A stretch of DNA of 61,238 bases from Rhynchobatus australiae (lineage: Eukaryota). The position numbers and the translations under genes are program-made. How positions within the stretch are numbered: the stretch's first letter is position 1; each line of letters opens with the position of its first letter. The notes below the pieces were generated by a model. That model made no database searches and had not been told where the DNA came from. It worked only from the letters and a program-made list of their open reading frames with translations. The DNA is taken from the NCBI GenBank assembly GCA_034780895.1, contig JAUZTB010000070.1, forward strand, positions 16,112,482-16,173,719. The letters are read 5' to 3'. This document shows, piece by piece, positions 50,477 through 61,238 of this stretch.

Positions 50477-50670
50477 CGATGGAGATGGGCATCAGGACAC
50501 CAGAGATAATTGCCCAACAGTCATTAACAGTGCCCAGCTGGACACTGATGGAGATGGGCTGGGTGATGAGTGTGATGATGACGATGATAATGATGGAATC
50601 CCTGACATACGTCCCCCTGGACCAGACAATTGTCGCCTTGTAGCTAATCCAACTCAACGAGACCTTGATG
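50477..50670 (+). CDS. COMP: COMP exon 13 ([64 protein letters not shown])
   Basis: cctcag acceptor, G|gtgagt donor, 194 nt; contains the DDDDD tract and a PPGP insert. Confidence 0.97.
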
Positions 50671-52271
50671 GTGAGTAACGACTGTCAAGCTCCAAGCCAT
50701 TGATTCAGGGGTATGGGGCGAGAGCAAGGAGGAGGGATTGGAAAAGCAAAATAGTGGAGATTCCGAAAATCTGAAATAAAACAGAAAATGCTGGAAATAC
50801 TCAATTGGTCAGGTAGCATTTGTGGAGAGAGAAGCAGTGTTAATGTTACAGTTTGCTTTCAAAGTCAAGTCGAGTTTATTGTAATCCGCACAAGTCCACG
50901 TATGCACAGGTGCAATGAAAAACTTACTTGTAGCAGCATCACAGGCACAACATTCACAAGAAAAAACATATATAATTTTGTATAATCTTTGTTTAATTTA
51001 AGAAAGAACACAACAAAAGTCCATTGTAGTGTAAAACGGTCACAGTGTTGCTTTACTGAGCTAGTGATTAAGATTGTGCAGGNNNNNNNNNNNNNNNNNN
51101 NNNNNNNNNNNNNNNNNNNNNNNNNNNNNNNNNNNNNNNNNNNNNNNNNNNNNNNNNNNNNNNNNNNNNNNNNNNNNNNNNNNNNNNNNNNNNNNNNNNN
51201 NNNNNNNNNNNNNNNNNNNNNNNNNNNNNNNNNNNNNNNNNNNNNNNNNNNNNNNNNNNNNNNNNNNNNNNNNNNNNNNNNNNNNNNNNNNNNNNNNNNN
51301 NNNNNNNNNNNNNNNNNNNNNNNNNNNNNNNNNNNNNNNNNNNNNNNNNNNNNNNNNNNNNNNNNNNNNNNNNNNNNNNNNNNNNNNNNNNNNNNNNNNN
51401 NNNNNNNNNNNNNNNNNNNNNNNNNNNNNNNNNNNNNNNNNNNNNNNNNNNNNNNNNNNNNNNNNNNNNNNNNNNNNNNNNNNNNNNNNNNNNNNNNNNN
51501 NNNNNNNNNNCATTGGGGTTTGGCTGGGATTTATTCAAGGGTATTGGGGAAGAGTAGGAGAGTGGAATTAGTTTGAGTTTGACACAGAGTTGAGAGAGAA
51601 TTGAGCTAATGTTTAGAACTATTGAGAAATGATTTAACCTATGGTGACTGTGCTCCAGAACCAAGGTCTCAAGGTGAACTTCAGTGTGCAGACGATGTTT
51701 GTACTTGCACACGTGCAGAGGTTGAGCTCCCAGCCATTGTCAACTCATTCACTGAAGGATCCAAATGGATGGGCTTTACACTCAATATCCACAAGAACAG
51801 AGAATTGGGGGAGGCTTGATCAAAGTGTATAAAATTATGAGAGGCCTAGAAAAGATGATCAGGAAAGGCCCGTGATCCCCAGGAGAGAGATCAATAACAA
51901 AGTTCATTAGTAAAAAGACCAGAGGTCAGTTGAGGAAATATTCTCTTCACCTGGAGTGTGGAGGGGTTCTGGAACCCCTCCACCTGAAAGGGTGGTGGAG
52001 GTTCAAACCCACATCACAATCAGGAAGTGCCCTTAACTACAGTCTTCATCACAAACTGAGAGCTGAGTGTGGGAGAAGCTCTTTGTGGCATGTTCCCATT
52101 GGGTTTACTGGCCTTTAGTGATTAGAATGGATCTGATAGAGTGTGGGGGAAGCATTCAGCGGAATTAAGTTTAAGATTGTGTCTATATCAGCCCTATTTT
52201 AAAGCAATCAGCCATTTGAAATGTCAGGAATAACTATAAAAGGTTTTGAGTTAATGTGAAATATCTGATAG

Positions 52272-52450
52272 GTAATGGGATTGGAGATATCTGCGAAGGA
52301 GATTTTGATGATGACAAGGTGATCGATGTCATTGACGTATGTCCGGAGAACGCCCAGATTACGCTCACCGATTTCCGAGCATTTCAGACCATAGTCTTGG
52401 ACCCTGAGGGAGATGCACAGATTGACCCAAACTGGATCGTCCTAAACCAG
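52272..52450 (+). CDS. COMP: COMP exon 14 ([60 protein letters not shown])
   Basis: gatag acceptor, CAG|gtacct donor, 179 nt; start of the TSP C-terminal domain. Confidence 0.97.
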
Positions 52451-52699
52451 GTACCTCATCATACAGTCATAAAGCACAGAAGCAGGCCTATGGCCAATTA
52501 ACCTACTAACCTGCATGTCTTTAGGGTGTGGGAGGAAACTGGGACGTCTCTGGGAAGCCCATGTGGTCACAGAAAGAACGTGCAAACTCCACGCAGACTC
52601 CACTTCAGGCCTGAACTTGGATCACTAAAGCTATAAGGCAGAAGCTCTCTCAGCTGTGCCAATGTGCTTTGAAAGACGTTCTCTGAAATATCATTGAAG

Positions 52700-54010
52700 T
52701 CATCTTCAGCTAATCTGTAATTACAGTGAGACTCCGCAGGACAGGTGGGACCTATGCATATCAGACGGGTTACACTCAGCTGGACTGACACTGATATCCT
52801 TGCAGAAGGGTTTGCTGGCTATTGGCATGGGTTTGAACTTGGTCAGGGGGGTGGGAAGCTTAAGGAGAATTCAGAAATGAGAGAAACAAGGCAGGAAGTG
52901 GAAGCTAGAGAAATAGTAAGCTAAATAAAGAGGCAGAGGAAACAAAAGGCAGGCAGCAGATGGGGTCAAAGTATGAAAAAAAATGACAAAATTAAAGATG
53001 CTATATCTAGATGCTTTTGGCATTTACAATATGGTGGATGAATTAAAGGCACAAAGACAAATGGTTATGATCTAATAGCCATTACAGAAACACAGCTGTA
53101 GGATGACCAAAGCTGGGAGCTGAATGTTCAAGGATATTTGTCATTTAGAAAGAGAGAATAGGCAAGGTGGACAGGGAAGTGNNNNNNNNNNNNNNNNNNN
53201 NNNNNNNNNNNNNNNNAGATCAGTGTGGTGGTGAGATGTGACCTTAGCTCAGTAGATCCTGATGTAGAGTTAGAATAATTTGGGTTAAGCTAAGAAATAG
53301 CAAAAGAAAGAAGACACCTCGTGGGAAGTGTTAATAGACCATCAAATAGCACTTGCAATATTGGGCATGGCATAAGTTAGAAAGGTGCATGTACCAGGGG
53401 TTATACAGTAGTCATGGGGAATCTTAATCTATGAAAAGACTAAATTCATGGAATACAGACCAGGGTTTATGAGGGAAAAGATTATTTTGTGCAATAGAAA
53501 AAGTTAATTGATAATCTTGTTGTTAAGGGGTCTTCTGGGAACAATAGCCCTAATATGATAGAACTTTGTATTGTGTTTGAAACTGATCCAAAACTAGGGC
53601 CTTAAATCTTAACAAAGGAAACTGCGAAGGTGTGAGAGAATTAGCTGTGGTTGAGTGGGACAATACTGAAAGATTTGACAGTGGAGAGGAAATGGCTAAC
53701 ATTTCAAAACAAAATAATGCATAAACTATAAAATAAACAAAGTCCTGTAATGCAGAAAACCCCAAAGGAAAAGTAATACATCTGAGGTTGGTAAGAAATT
53801 ACTAATAGTGTAAAAGCAAAGGACAAAGCTTATGAAGTTGTTAAAAATAGTTGATCTGAGCATTGGGAGCGCTTTAGAACTATGTAAAGGATGACCAATA
53901 AATTAATTAATTTTGTTTTGGAAAAGGCAAGATAGGATATGAGAGAAGAGTGGTGAGAGACATGTAAACAGATGTAAGAGCATTCTGGGTACACAGAAAG
54001 GAAAAGACTT
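52700..54010 (+). mobile_element. CR1 ORF2 N-terminal (APE endonuclease) remnant in intron 14
   Basis: KLKMLYLDA..VDELKAQ..YDLIAITET..DQSWELNVQGY at ~52990-53140. Confidence 0.7.
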
Positions 54011-54634
54011 GTGAATGGAAGCAGGCCTTTATTCCCCACCCCCCCCACACACACCTCTCCCCCTGCTCCCACCTGCTTCCCCCCCCAACCCGCCGCCGCC
54101 ACCTCTCCCCCCTGCTCACGCCCGCCCGCCGCCACCTTGTCTCCCCCTGCCCANNNNNNNNNNNNNNNNNNNNNNNNNNNNNNNNNNNNNNNNNNNNNNN
54201 NNNNNNNNNNNNNNNNNNNNNNNNNNNNNNNNNNNNNNNNNNNNNNNNNNNNNNNNNNNNNNNNNNNNNNNNNNNNNNNNNNNNNNNNNNNNNNNNNNNN
54301 NNNNNNNNNNNNNNNNNNNNNNNNNNNNNNNNNNNNNNNNNNNNNNNNNNNNNNNNNNNNNNNNNNNNNTGTCCTCTGGCTCTTCACTCCTCTGCCAGTG
54401 GTAGACTTTGCAGGTTTTGTTAACTGATTGCACTGGCTGACGCTCTGTGTTTCAGAATTCATTGTGCCATGAGAAAAAAATATCGAACCATTTACTTATC
54501 ACTTACTTTGGGTTTTGAGGACTCCTGACTCCAGCATTTCAAATGTGCCACAAACTCTATCTTGAAAAGATTTTCAAGTTATTTTGTTCAAGTGCTTAAG
54601 GGTTGTATTACTCATGGTTAATGTGATGTTGCAG

Positions 54635-54683
54635 GGAATGGAGATTGTACAGACAATGAACAGTGACCCAGGCCTCGCTGTTG
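54635..54683 (+). CDS. COMP: COMP exon 15 (GMEIVQTMNSDPGLAV)
   Basis: ttgcag acceptor, G|gtaaga donor, 49 nt; conserved EIVQTMNSDPGLA motif. Confidence 0.97.
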
Positions 54684-55194
54684 GTAAGATGTGCCTTTCA
54701 ATATATTTACTTTCAATACATTTAACCAAATGAGAGGCATCAATACCACATTGCCACAGATCATTTGACCTGGCATTGTAGCAGGATTTAACTCCGTATT
54801 TAGTCCATGCTTTTCTTGCCATGGGAGTGATTGATCAAGCAATGTAGCAGGGGTTAACTCTGCATCTAATTTTTTTTAAACCAACTTTAAATATTCAAGT
54901 TCATTTTAGTGTTTACTCAAACATGCAATCTCAAACAGTGTTCTGCATTTAGTGCAAATAAGGAAGATAAATGGTATATTAGTCTTTTATGACAAGGGGA
55001 TACGAATACACAAGTAAGAAAGACTTGTGCAGGATCTTGGTGAGACCACACCTAGAGTATTGTGTATGGTTCTGGTTTCCTTACCTAAAGAAGGATGTAC
55101 TTGCCAGTGAGGGGGTGGAGCGAGGATGTCTCCAAAAGAAAATCTGCATAATTCAATCTCCATCTGTTGTTTTCAAAGAATTTAAGGTCCTTTC

Positions 55195-56245
55195 TGTCAG
55201 CTCCTTGTCATTGGCCCAGGGCCCTGAACCGTGCGTCCCCTCTACCACAGTGGTCGTAGCCCTTGACTGCATCTCATCTATTTCCTACACCTCTGCTCAC
55301 TCTCTCTCCTCGTGGACAGAACAAGAACAGAATTCCCCTGGTCCTTACCTTCCACCCCACCAGCCTCCACATTCAATGGATCATCCTTTGCCATTTCTGC
55401 CAGCTGCAACAAGATTCCAGCACTTCACAGGGATTGCTGCCTTTGTGACTCCCTGCTCCATGCTTCCATCCCCATCATTCAGTTTCCATCTTGTGGCACT
55501 TTCCCATGTAACCACAGGAGATACAACACTTGTGCTTTAGCCTCTTCCCTTCCCACCATCCAGTCACCCAAATGGTTTTTCCAGGTGAAGCAGCGATTCA
55601 TTTTCAGTTCTTTCAATCTAATGTAGACAATGTGGCTCCTCTACATTGGCAAAACCGAACATGGATTGGGTGATTGCATCGTGGCGCCCCTGTGTTCAGT
55701 CACTCGGAGTAATCCTGAGCTTCCAGTCACCTGCCATTTTAATTCTCAATCCCAGTCCCATTCTGACCCCTCTGTCTGTGATCTCCTGCACTATTGCAGA
55801 AGCATAATGCAAGCTTGAAGAACACCACCTCATCTTCCTGTGTATGCTGCAGTCTTCTGGACTCAATACTGAATCCTCCACCTTTTAAGTAATTTGTTCT
55901 TTCTTTCCTTCTACCTGTATCAGAGCTGACTGCTTCTGCCTGTCATCATTTTGGCTCAGTTCTTTTTCTATTTGTATAACCTGTCCCACTGGGCATCCCC
56001 CACAGCCTCACTATTAACAACACTGTACACAGACAAAAATGCAGAATGTAATCCTTACTGTAGTTCTGCAGCTACATCTACACATCTGGTCTCGCCCCAT
56101 TAGAGATACTCTCTTTGTTCTACCCATCCTTCCCCCACTGTCTCTGCTACTGAAAACTGGCTTGTTTTCTCTCTTTCTGAGGGATTAACCGTTTCTCCTT
56201 CCACAGTCACTGCCTGACCTGTTGAGTATCTGCAGCACTTTTTAT
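55195..56245 (+). mobile_element. Penelope-like element remnant in intron 15
   Basis: NKNRIPLVLTFHPTS (ORF 55263) and LLYIGKT..LGD..PVTCHFNS.S.SHSD (ORF 55630); terminal-repeat tail near 56160-56240. Confidence 0.75.
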
Positions 56246-57468
56246 TAATGGAGAGTCTGGAACCAGGACACAGTCTTGGGGTAGAGAGTTAGGGATTTGG
56301 CACAGAGATGAAAACATAAGAACAGAGAAAGTAGGAGTAGGCCCTTTGCCCCTCATGCCTGCTCTCTCATTCAATGAGATTGTGACCGACCGTTGATCTC
56401 TGTACCACCGTCCTGTACTAATCCCACATCCATTCAACCCTTATTAACCAAAAATCTATTCATCTGTCTTGATTATTACTCAGCGACTGAGCTTCCACAG
56501 TCCTCCTGGTACATAATTCTCTACCCTCTGCATGAAGAGATTTCTTCTCAACTCTTTCCTAAATGACCTCTCTTTTATTTTGAAACTGCAACCTCTGGTT
56601 CTAGACACCAGGGGAAACTTCATGCCCACATCTACCGTGTCAGCCCATTTATAAAAAAATCTTGTATGTTTCAATAAGATCACCTCAACTTTCTAAACTC
56701 AAGACAATGGGGCCAGTCTGCATCAGAAAAAACACCCATCTCAGGAAACAATCTGTGAACCTTCAACCCTCCTCCTTGTGTATGTCTTTCAACGAGACCT
56801 TGGGCACATGAGAGGAAATTTGGTCACAAACTGACAGTTCGTCTCCCACGTTTGGGAAGAGGACATGCATTCTATGCCTCCTCAAAAACCGTGTAATACT
56901 TGTGGGAATCCCTGGCCTGTGACCACCCAAAGTGGAGGCAGTTAGGGATGCCTTTGAAAATGAATGCTCTTTTGTCTGGAGAACATAAAAGTCCAATGTG
57001 AAGGGCAGAAGGAATGTATCACGTCCCAAATCACCCACCTGCCTCACCATCCATCAGGCTCGTTCTGCCTCACCTTTGGCAGAGGCTCCTTCAGCCACCT
57101 TGGAGCCCTCCTGGAGAGGAGGCGAGTCATTTTCAACCCTGAGGGACGGTCTGAGAAGAACATCAGCCTTCCTATGGGTTGGAAGACCAGATCTGTACCC
57201 AGCACTTCTTATGAGGGAGGTTAGTTTATTCAGAGGGTTGTGAATCCTTGGAATTCTCTGCCCTGCCGGGCTATGGGTCCTCATTCATTAAATTCAAGGC
57301 TGAGATCAGTAGGATTTTGGATGTTGAGTTGTCCTTGGCAAGAATGGGGAGTTCAGGCGGAAGATCAGCCATGATCTTGTTGAATGACAGAGCAGGTCTG
57401 AGGGGCCAAATAGCACACTCCTGCTTCCAGTTCTCGTGAACATTCATGTTGCCGATTCTTCTTAGTAA

Positions 57469-57687
<219 letters not shown>

Positions 57688-58974
57688 GTGAGCAATGTCC
57701 CTACCTCTCAACACTGTACCACTCCGCCAGCGCATCATTTCCACTGTATCATCTCTTCCCCTTACAATTCCAGCGTCCCACAGTAAACTGTCGCCCCTTA
57801 CTCGGTACGTTCTACCTTGTACCATGCCAGTTTCTTCTCAGATTCTATGCCACTCCTTCCCATCTGTCAACCCCACCATCCATTACTCCTCCCACTCTCA
57901 TTCCATGTCCCAGTCCCCTCAAACTGTCACCCGCCTCCCACTCTGTGCCGTCTCCCCATCCCCAGTCCCCATTCCCTCTCCCACTTCTGTTACAGTACTT
58001 CTGTTGTCTGCCCAAAGCGCTCTATTGATTGAATTGACCTCTGTGCTTTTACACTCAATCCTATTGGAATAAACACTGGGGATTTGTTTGCGCTTGAGGC
58101 CTTTTCACTGTTTTTATCCCTTTAGTAGTTTTCACACCTGGATTTCTAGATCTTTCCTTTTCTCCATTTCATTCTTGGAAATCTACTGGGGAAAGAGCAA
58201 GGAAGGAGAATAATTTGAAACCTTTTCCTTGAGACCAGCACAGTTGCAGTGGGTTGATAGTCCCCACTCCATGCTTTTGGGGCATCATAAATTTGATNNN
58301 NNNNNNNNNNNNNNNNNNNNNNNNNNNNNNNNNNNNNNNNNNNNNNNNNNNNNNNNNNNNNNNNNNNNNNNNNNNNNNNNNNNNNNNNNNNNNNNNNCCA
58401 TGCTTTTGGGGCATCATAAATTTGATTGTATACCCAATGTGAGATTCTTGGAATGAAATGCCTACTTTAGTTTAAACAGTAACATGGCGGAAAGTCTGGG
58501 GGGAAAAGGAGGAAAAATTTGCATCGCAATATCCTGAAATATAGACCCACAGATTAATCTTTATTCTGTAGAAGCGGAGTCCTCCTCACTAACAGTCCAC
58601 TGAAAAGGACTGGCAGAATATTATAAATCAGTCAGTCAGTGGCTGGGAGATGATGTGGGATCAACGGACTTTTTACTATGGTACAGGAGGAGATAACTAT
58701 ATCTCCGTGGCTTCTCAATAGATCTCAACGCACAGACTCGTTAATCTGATCAAACATTTTAAAGGAACACAAACCAGATCTCTAGGGGTCTCTGTTCTAC
58801 TCTTGCTGTGGCTGGTGTAAGAGAAATCAAGCTGATAAACTTTGTCTGCTGATGAGGATATTGATTATAACGGGGTCCATGTGTAAATTCTCTGCATATG
58901 AAGAGTTGTTTTATATTTTCTCATTGACATATTTTACTGAGGAGGTGGATGCTTTCTACCCCTGCATGCAATTA

Positions 58975-59235
58975 TAGAATCATAAAGCACAGAAACACGC
59001 CCTTTTGGCCCATTGTGTCCATACCGACCATCAAACACCCAGCTCCACTAATCCTACGGTGATCCCATTTTATTCTCCCCACATCCCACCAACTCCTCCC
59101 AAATTCTAACATTTGCATGTTAGGGGCAACTTACAGTGGCAAATAACCTACAAACCTGTAGGTCTTTGGGAAGAAATTGGAGTATCTGGAGGAAACCCAT
59201 GTGGTCACAGGGAGAACATGCAAACTCCACACACT
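58975..59235 (-). mobile_element. HE1-like V-SINE remnant in intron 16
   Basis: ggaggaaacccatgtggtcacagggagaacatgcaaactccacac (reverse V-domain) and a CR1-type tail; similar fragment at ~52490-52610. Confidence 0.65.
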
Positions 59236-59329
59236 TCTAACGGCTTCAGTGAACCACCCTAGGTAAAGAATCCTCAGTAAACCCAATCAATTTCTGCACT
59301 GACTGAATATCTCAAACTCTGGTAAACAG

Positions 59330-59502
59330 GCAGTGAAGTCACAGACTGGTCCAGGACAACACTTGCGGAATGCGCTCTGGCACACAGGAGATACCAATGA
59401 CCAAGTACGGCTCCTGTGGAAGGATCCCAGGAACATTGGCTGGAAAGACAATACATCGTATCGCTGGTTCCTGCAGCACCGGCCACAGGTCGGGTATATC
59501 AG
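59330..59502 (+). CDS. COMP: COMP exon 17 ([58 protein letters not shown])
   Basis: aaacag acceptor, AG|gtaggt donor, 173 nt. Confidence 0.97.
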
Positions 59503-59725
59503 GTAGGTTATGTCTTCCCCAGGGAAGGGACATCAGGTGGGTCGCATCTCCCCCTGGGGGAGGGATGTCTGCCGGGTCGTGTCTCCCCCAGTTCCCCAAC
59601 ATCAAGTGCATCATGACCTCTCCTGGGGTTGTGAGACGAGGAGACAACAGCAAGTTAGGTGATGGTCTTGCTTATCTGCATTTTTTTTCCCCCTCCCCAT
59701 CTCCTACTTCTCCCTCCCCTCGCAG

Positions 59726-59865
59726 GGTGCGGCTGTATGAGGGACCGGAGATCGTGGCAGATTCTAGAGTGATCATCGACACCACAATGCGTGGAGGGAG
59801 ACTCGGAGTCTTCTGCTTCTCCCAGGAAAATATAATTTGGGCAAATCTACGCTACCGTTGCAATG
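59726..59865 (+). CDS. COMP: COMP exon 18 ([46 protein letters not shown])
   Basis: Strong polypyrimidine tract + cgcag acceptor, G|gtaagg donor, 140 nt. Confidence 0.97.
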
Positions 59866-60157
59866 GTAAGGGGTGCAGGGTGAGGGAGGAATACAAGAGG
59901 GAGTATAAGAGTGCGAGGTAGCCAAGGGGAATTGTATTATGAATGTTTTTTTAAAAGGGTTAAATGGGTGAAATTTGCAGGGGTCAGTAAAACCTCCAGA
60001 GTAGAAAAGGAAAGATGCAGGACTGTTATCCCTGGGCTGGAGTGCAGGAAGTATCCTTGGATAAAGTTCTTGTTAGATGCAATTTGAAATTCAATGTTCT
60101 AACGAACCCAACATTCATCACTTTCAACTTCCTCTGATTGCTTCACTTTCTCCTCAG

Positions 60158-60207
60158 ACACGATTCCAGAAGATTTCCGCCCAACACAACTCCAGTCGCA
60201 GATTTGA
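60158..60207 (+). CDS. COMP: COMP exon 19 coding part (DTIPEDFRPTQLQSQI*)
   Basis: tcctcag acceptor, DTIPED motif, TGA at 60205-60207; total CDS 2280 nt is divisible by 3. Confidence 0.95.
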
Positions 60208-60684
60208 ATGTGACCTCTGAACTCCTGAACCTCAAGAACCTTTAACCCTGACAAGTAACAATCACGTATCACACTTTGAACCGCGCTTCTGCTGCCTTCC
60301 CTGCAGTTTAATGGGCAACAGTTGGAACCTGGAATGGTAGGAAACACCAGATCTAGGATGAAGGCTGATTGGTTAATGATCCGGCTCCTGGACTCACCCA
60401 TCAGTTGATTCCTTTGTGTTCAGGAAATAGTCACAACACCATAATCTCAAGGGATGTTTGGCAGCAGTGGGAGCAGGACAGAGCAAAAGGGAACAGTTTG
60501 TGGCCAGAATTTCTGCTCAATGATCAAGGTGGATTTGTAGAAACATATAGTGTAGGTGAGGCTATCCTTGGCTAACGTACCCGTGCTGGCTCTTCCAAAG
60601 AGCAATAGTGCTTAATCCACACCGCTGCTTTTTGTACATAACCCAGTAATTCCTTTATCTGTCCAAATCCTTTTTAAAATTATT

Positions 60685-60690
60685 AATAAA
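60685..60690 (+). promoter_or_regulatory. Candidate COMP polyadenylation signal AATAAA
   Basis: First canonical AATAAA, about 480 nt after the stop, followed by U-rich sequence; a second one lies at 61139-61144. Confidence 0.5.
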
Positions 60691-61238
60691 TTCATCTTCC
60701 ACTTTTTCAGGTAGATTTCAGTTTCTAACAACCAAATGAAAATCATTCTCATCTGCTGACTGACATTTTTTTTAGTAATGATTTTAAATCTCTGACTCTA
60801 CTACCCAGAAGTAACGGATTTTTTTGAAACCCCTTATTTTGACATTTCCTATATCAGATATGTGGAGAACATTTCCAGTCTCTGCTTATAATAACTGAGG
60901 TCCCTTGTACCTGGCAACAAGTGCTGTGTTCCCTTTCTGGGACCTTTCTATTCCTCCCATTTAAAGGGTTGGAAGTACTACCAAGCCCTTCAGTCATTCA
61001 CCTGCCTGACTTTGACAAATCCTGGTTGTTAGGCTGAGTGAGGAACTGGTGATAGACCACTGCACTGATAATACTCCAAGAGCAAAATCCATGTAGCATT
61101 GGAAAGTTGCACAAGAAGCCTGGTCCCAGACTGCGGGTAATAAACCTTAATTATTCAAGAGATAAACAGTCTTTGGGTAAGTGTGGAGACAATGTCTGGG
61201 TTTAATAGTCGGGGTCCTAGGTTCAGACATTGTGTCAG

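Noticed and set aside
54030-54153. C-rich, proline-rich ORFs and possible G-quadruplex
   Set aside because: Low-complexity tract running into a gap; no evidence of coding or function
58269-58426. 29-bp direct repeat ccatgcttttggggcatcataaatttgat on both sides of an N-run
   Set aside because: It flanks a round 100-N gap, so it is most likely unmerged contig overlap
59370-59921. 183-aa ORF overlapping exons 17-18
   Set aside because: It is an off-frame exon 17 plus intron read-through into exon 18; canonical splice sites explain the real structure

Overview
Vertebrate genomic DNA, most likely from a cartilaginous fish (shark or ray), inferred from the repeat families present (HE1-like V-SINEs, Deu-domain SINEs, an LF-SINE relative, CR1, Rex1/Babar, RTE, Tx1, Penelope). 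The only protein-coding gene I can support is a complete + strand COMP / thrombospondin-5 gene. It has 19 coding exons from ATG 37400 to TGA 60207, all GT-AG and all phase-compatible, summing to 2280 nt (759 aa). Domain order: signal peptide, pentamerising coiled coil, 4 EGF, Ca-binding type 3 repeats, C-terminal L-lectin domain, with no N-terminal LG domain. The ~37 kb upstream and most introns are decayed retroelements, and almost all entries in the ORF track are spurious. I found no evidence of a wholly new gene system. The best second-look items are: minimal hammerhead ribozyme motifs in Penelope-type repeats, a TSP3/TSP4-like mosaic signature in this COMP, a patchwork templated-insertion scar at ~8 kb, an 80-nt near-perfect hairpin, a solo LTR abutting exon 6, a 33-bp minisatellite linked to a Deu-SINE, and a V-SINE with an apparent Rex-type tail. 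Repeat family names and human comparisons come from recall, not database searches. Repeat boundaries are approximate.
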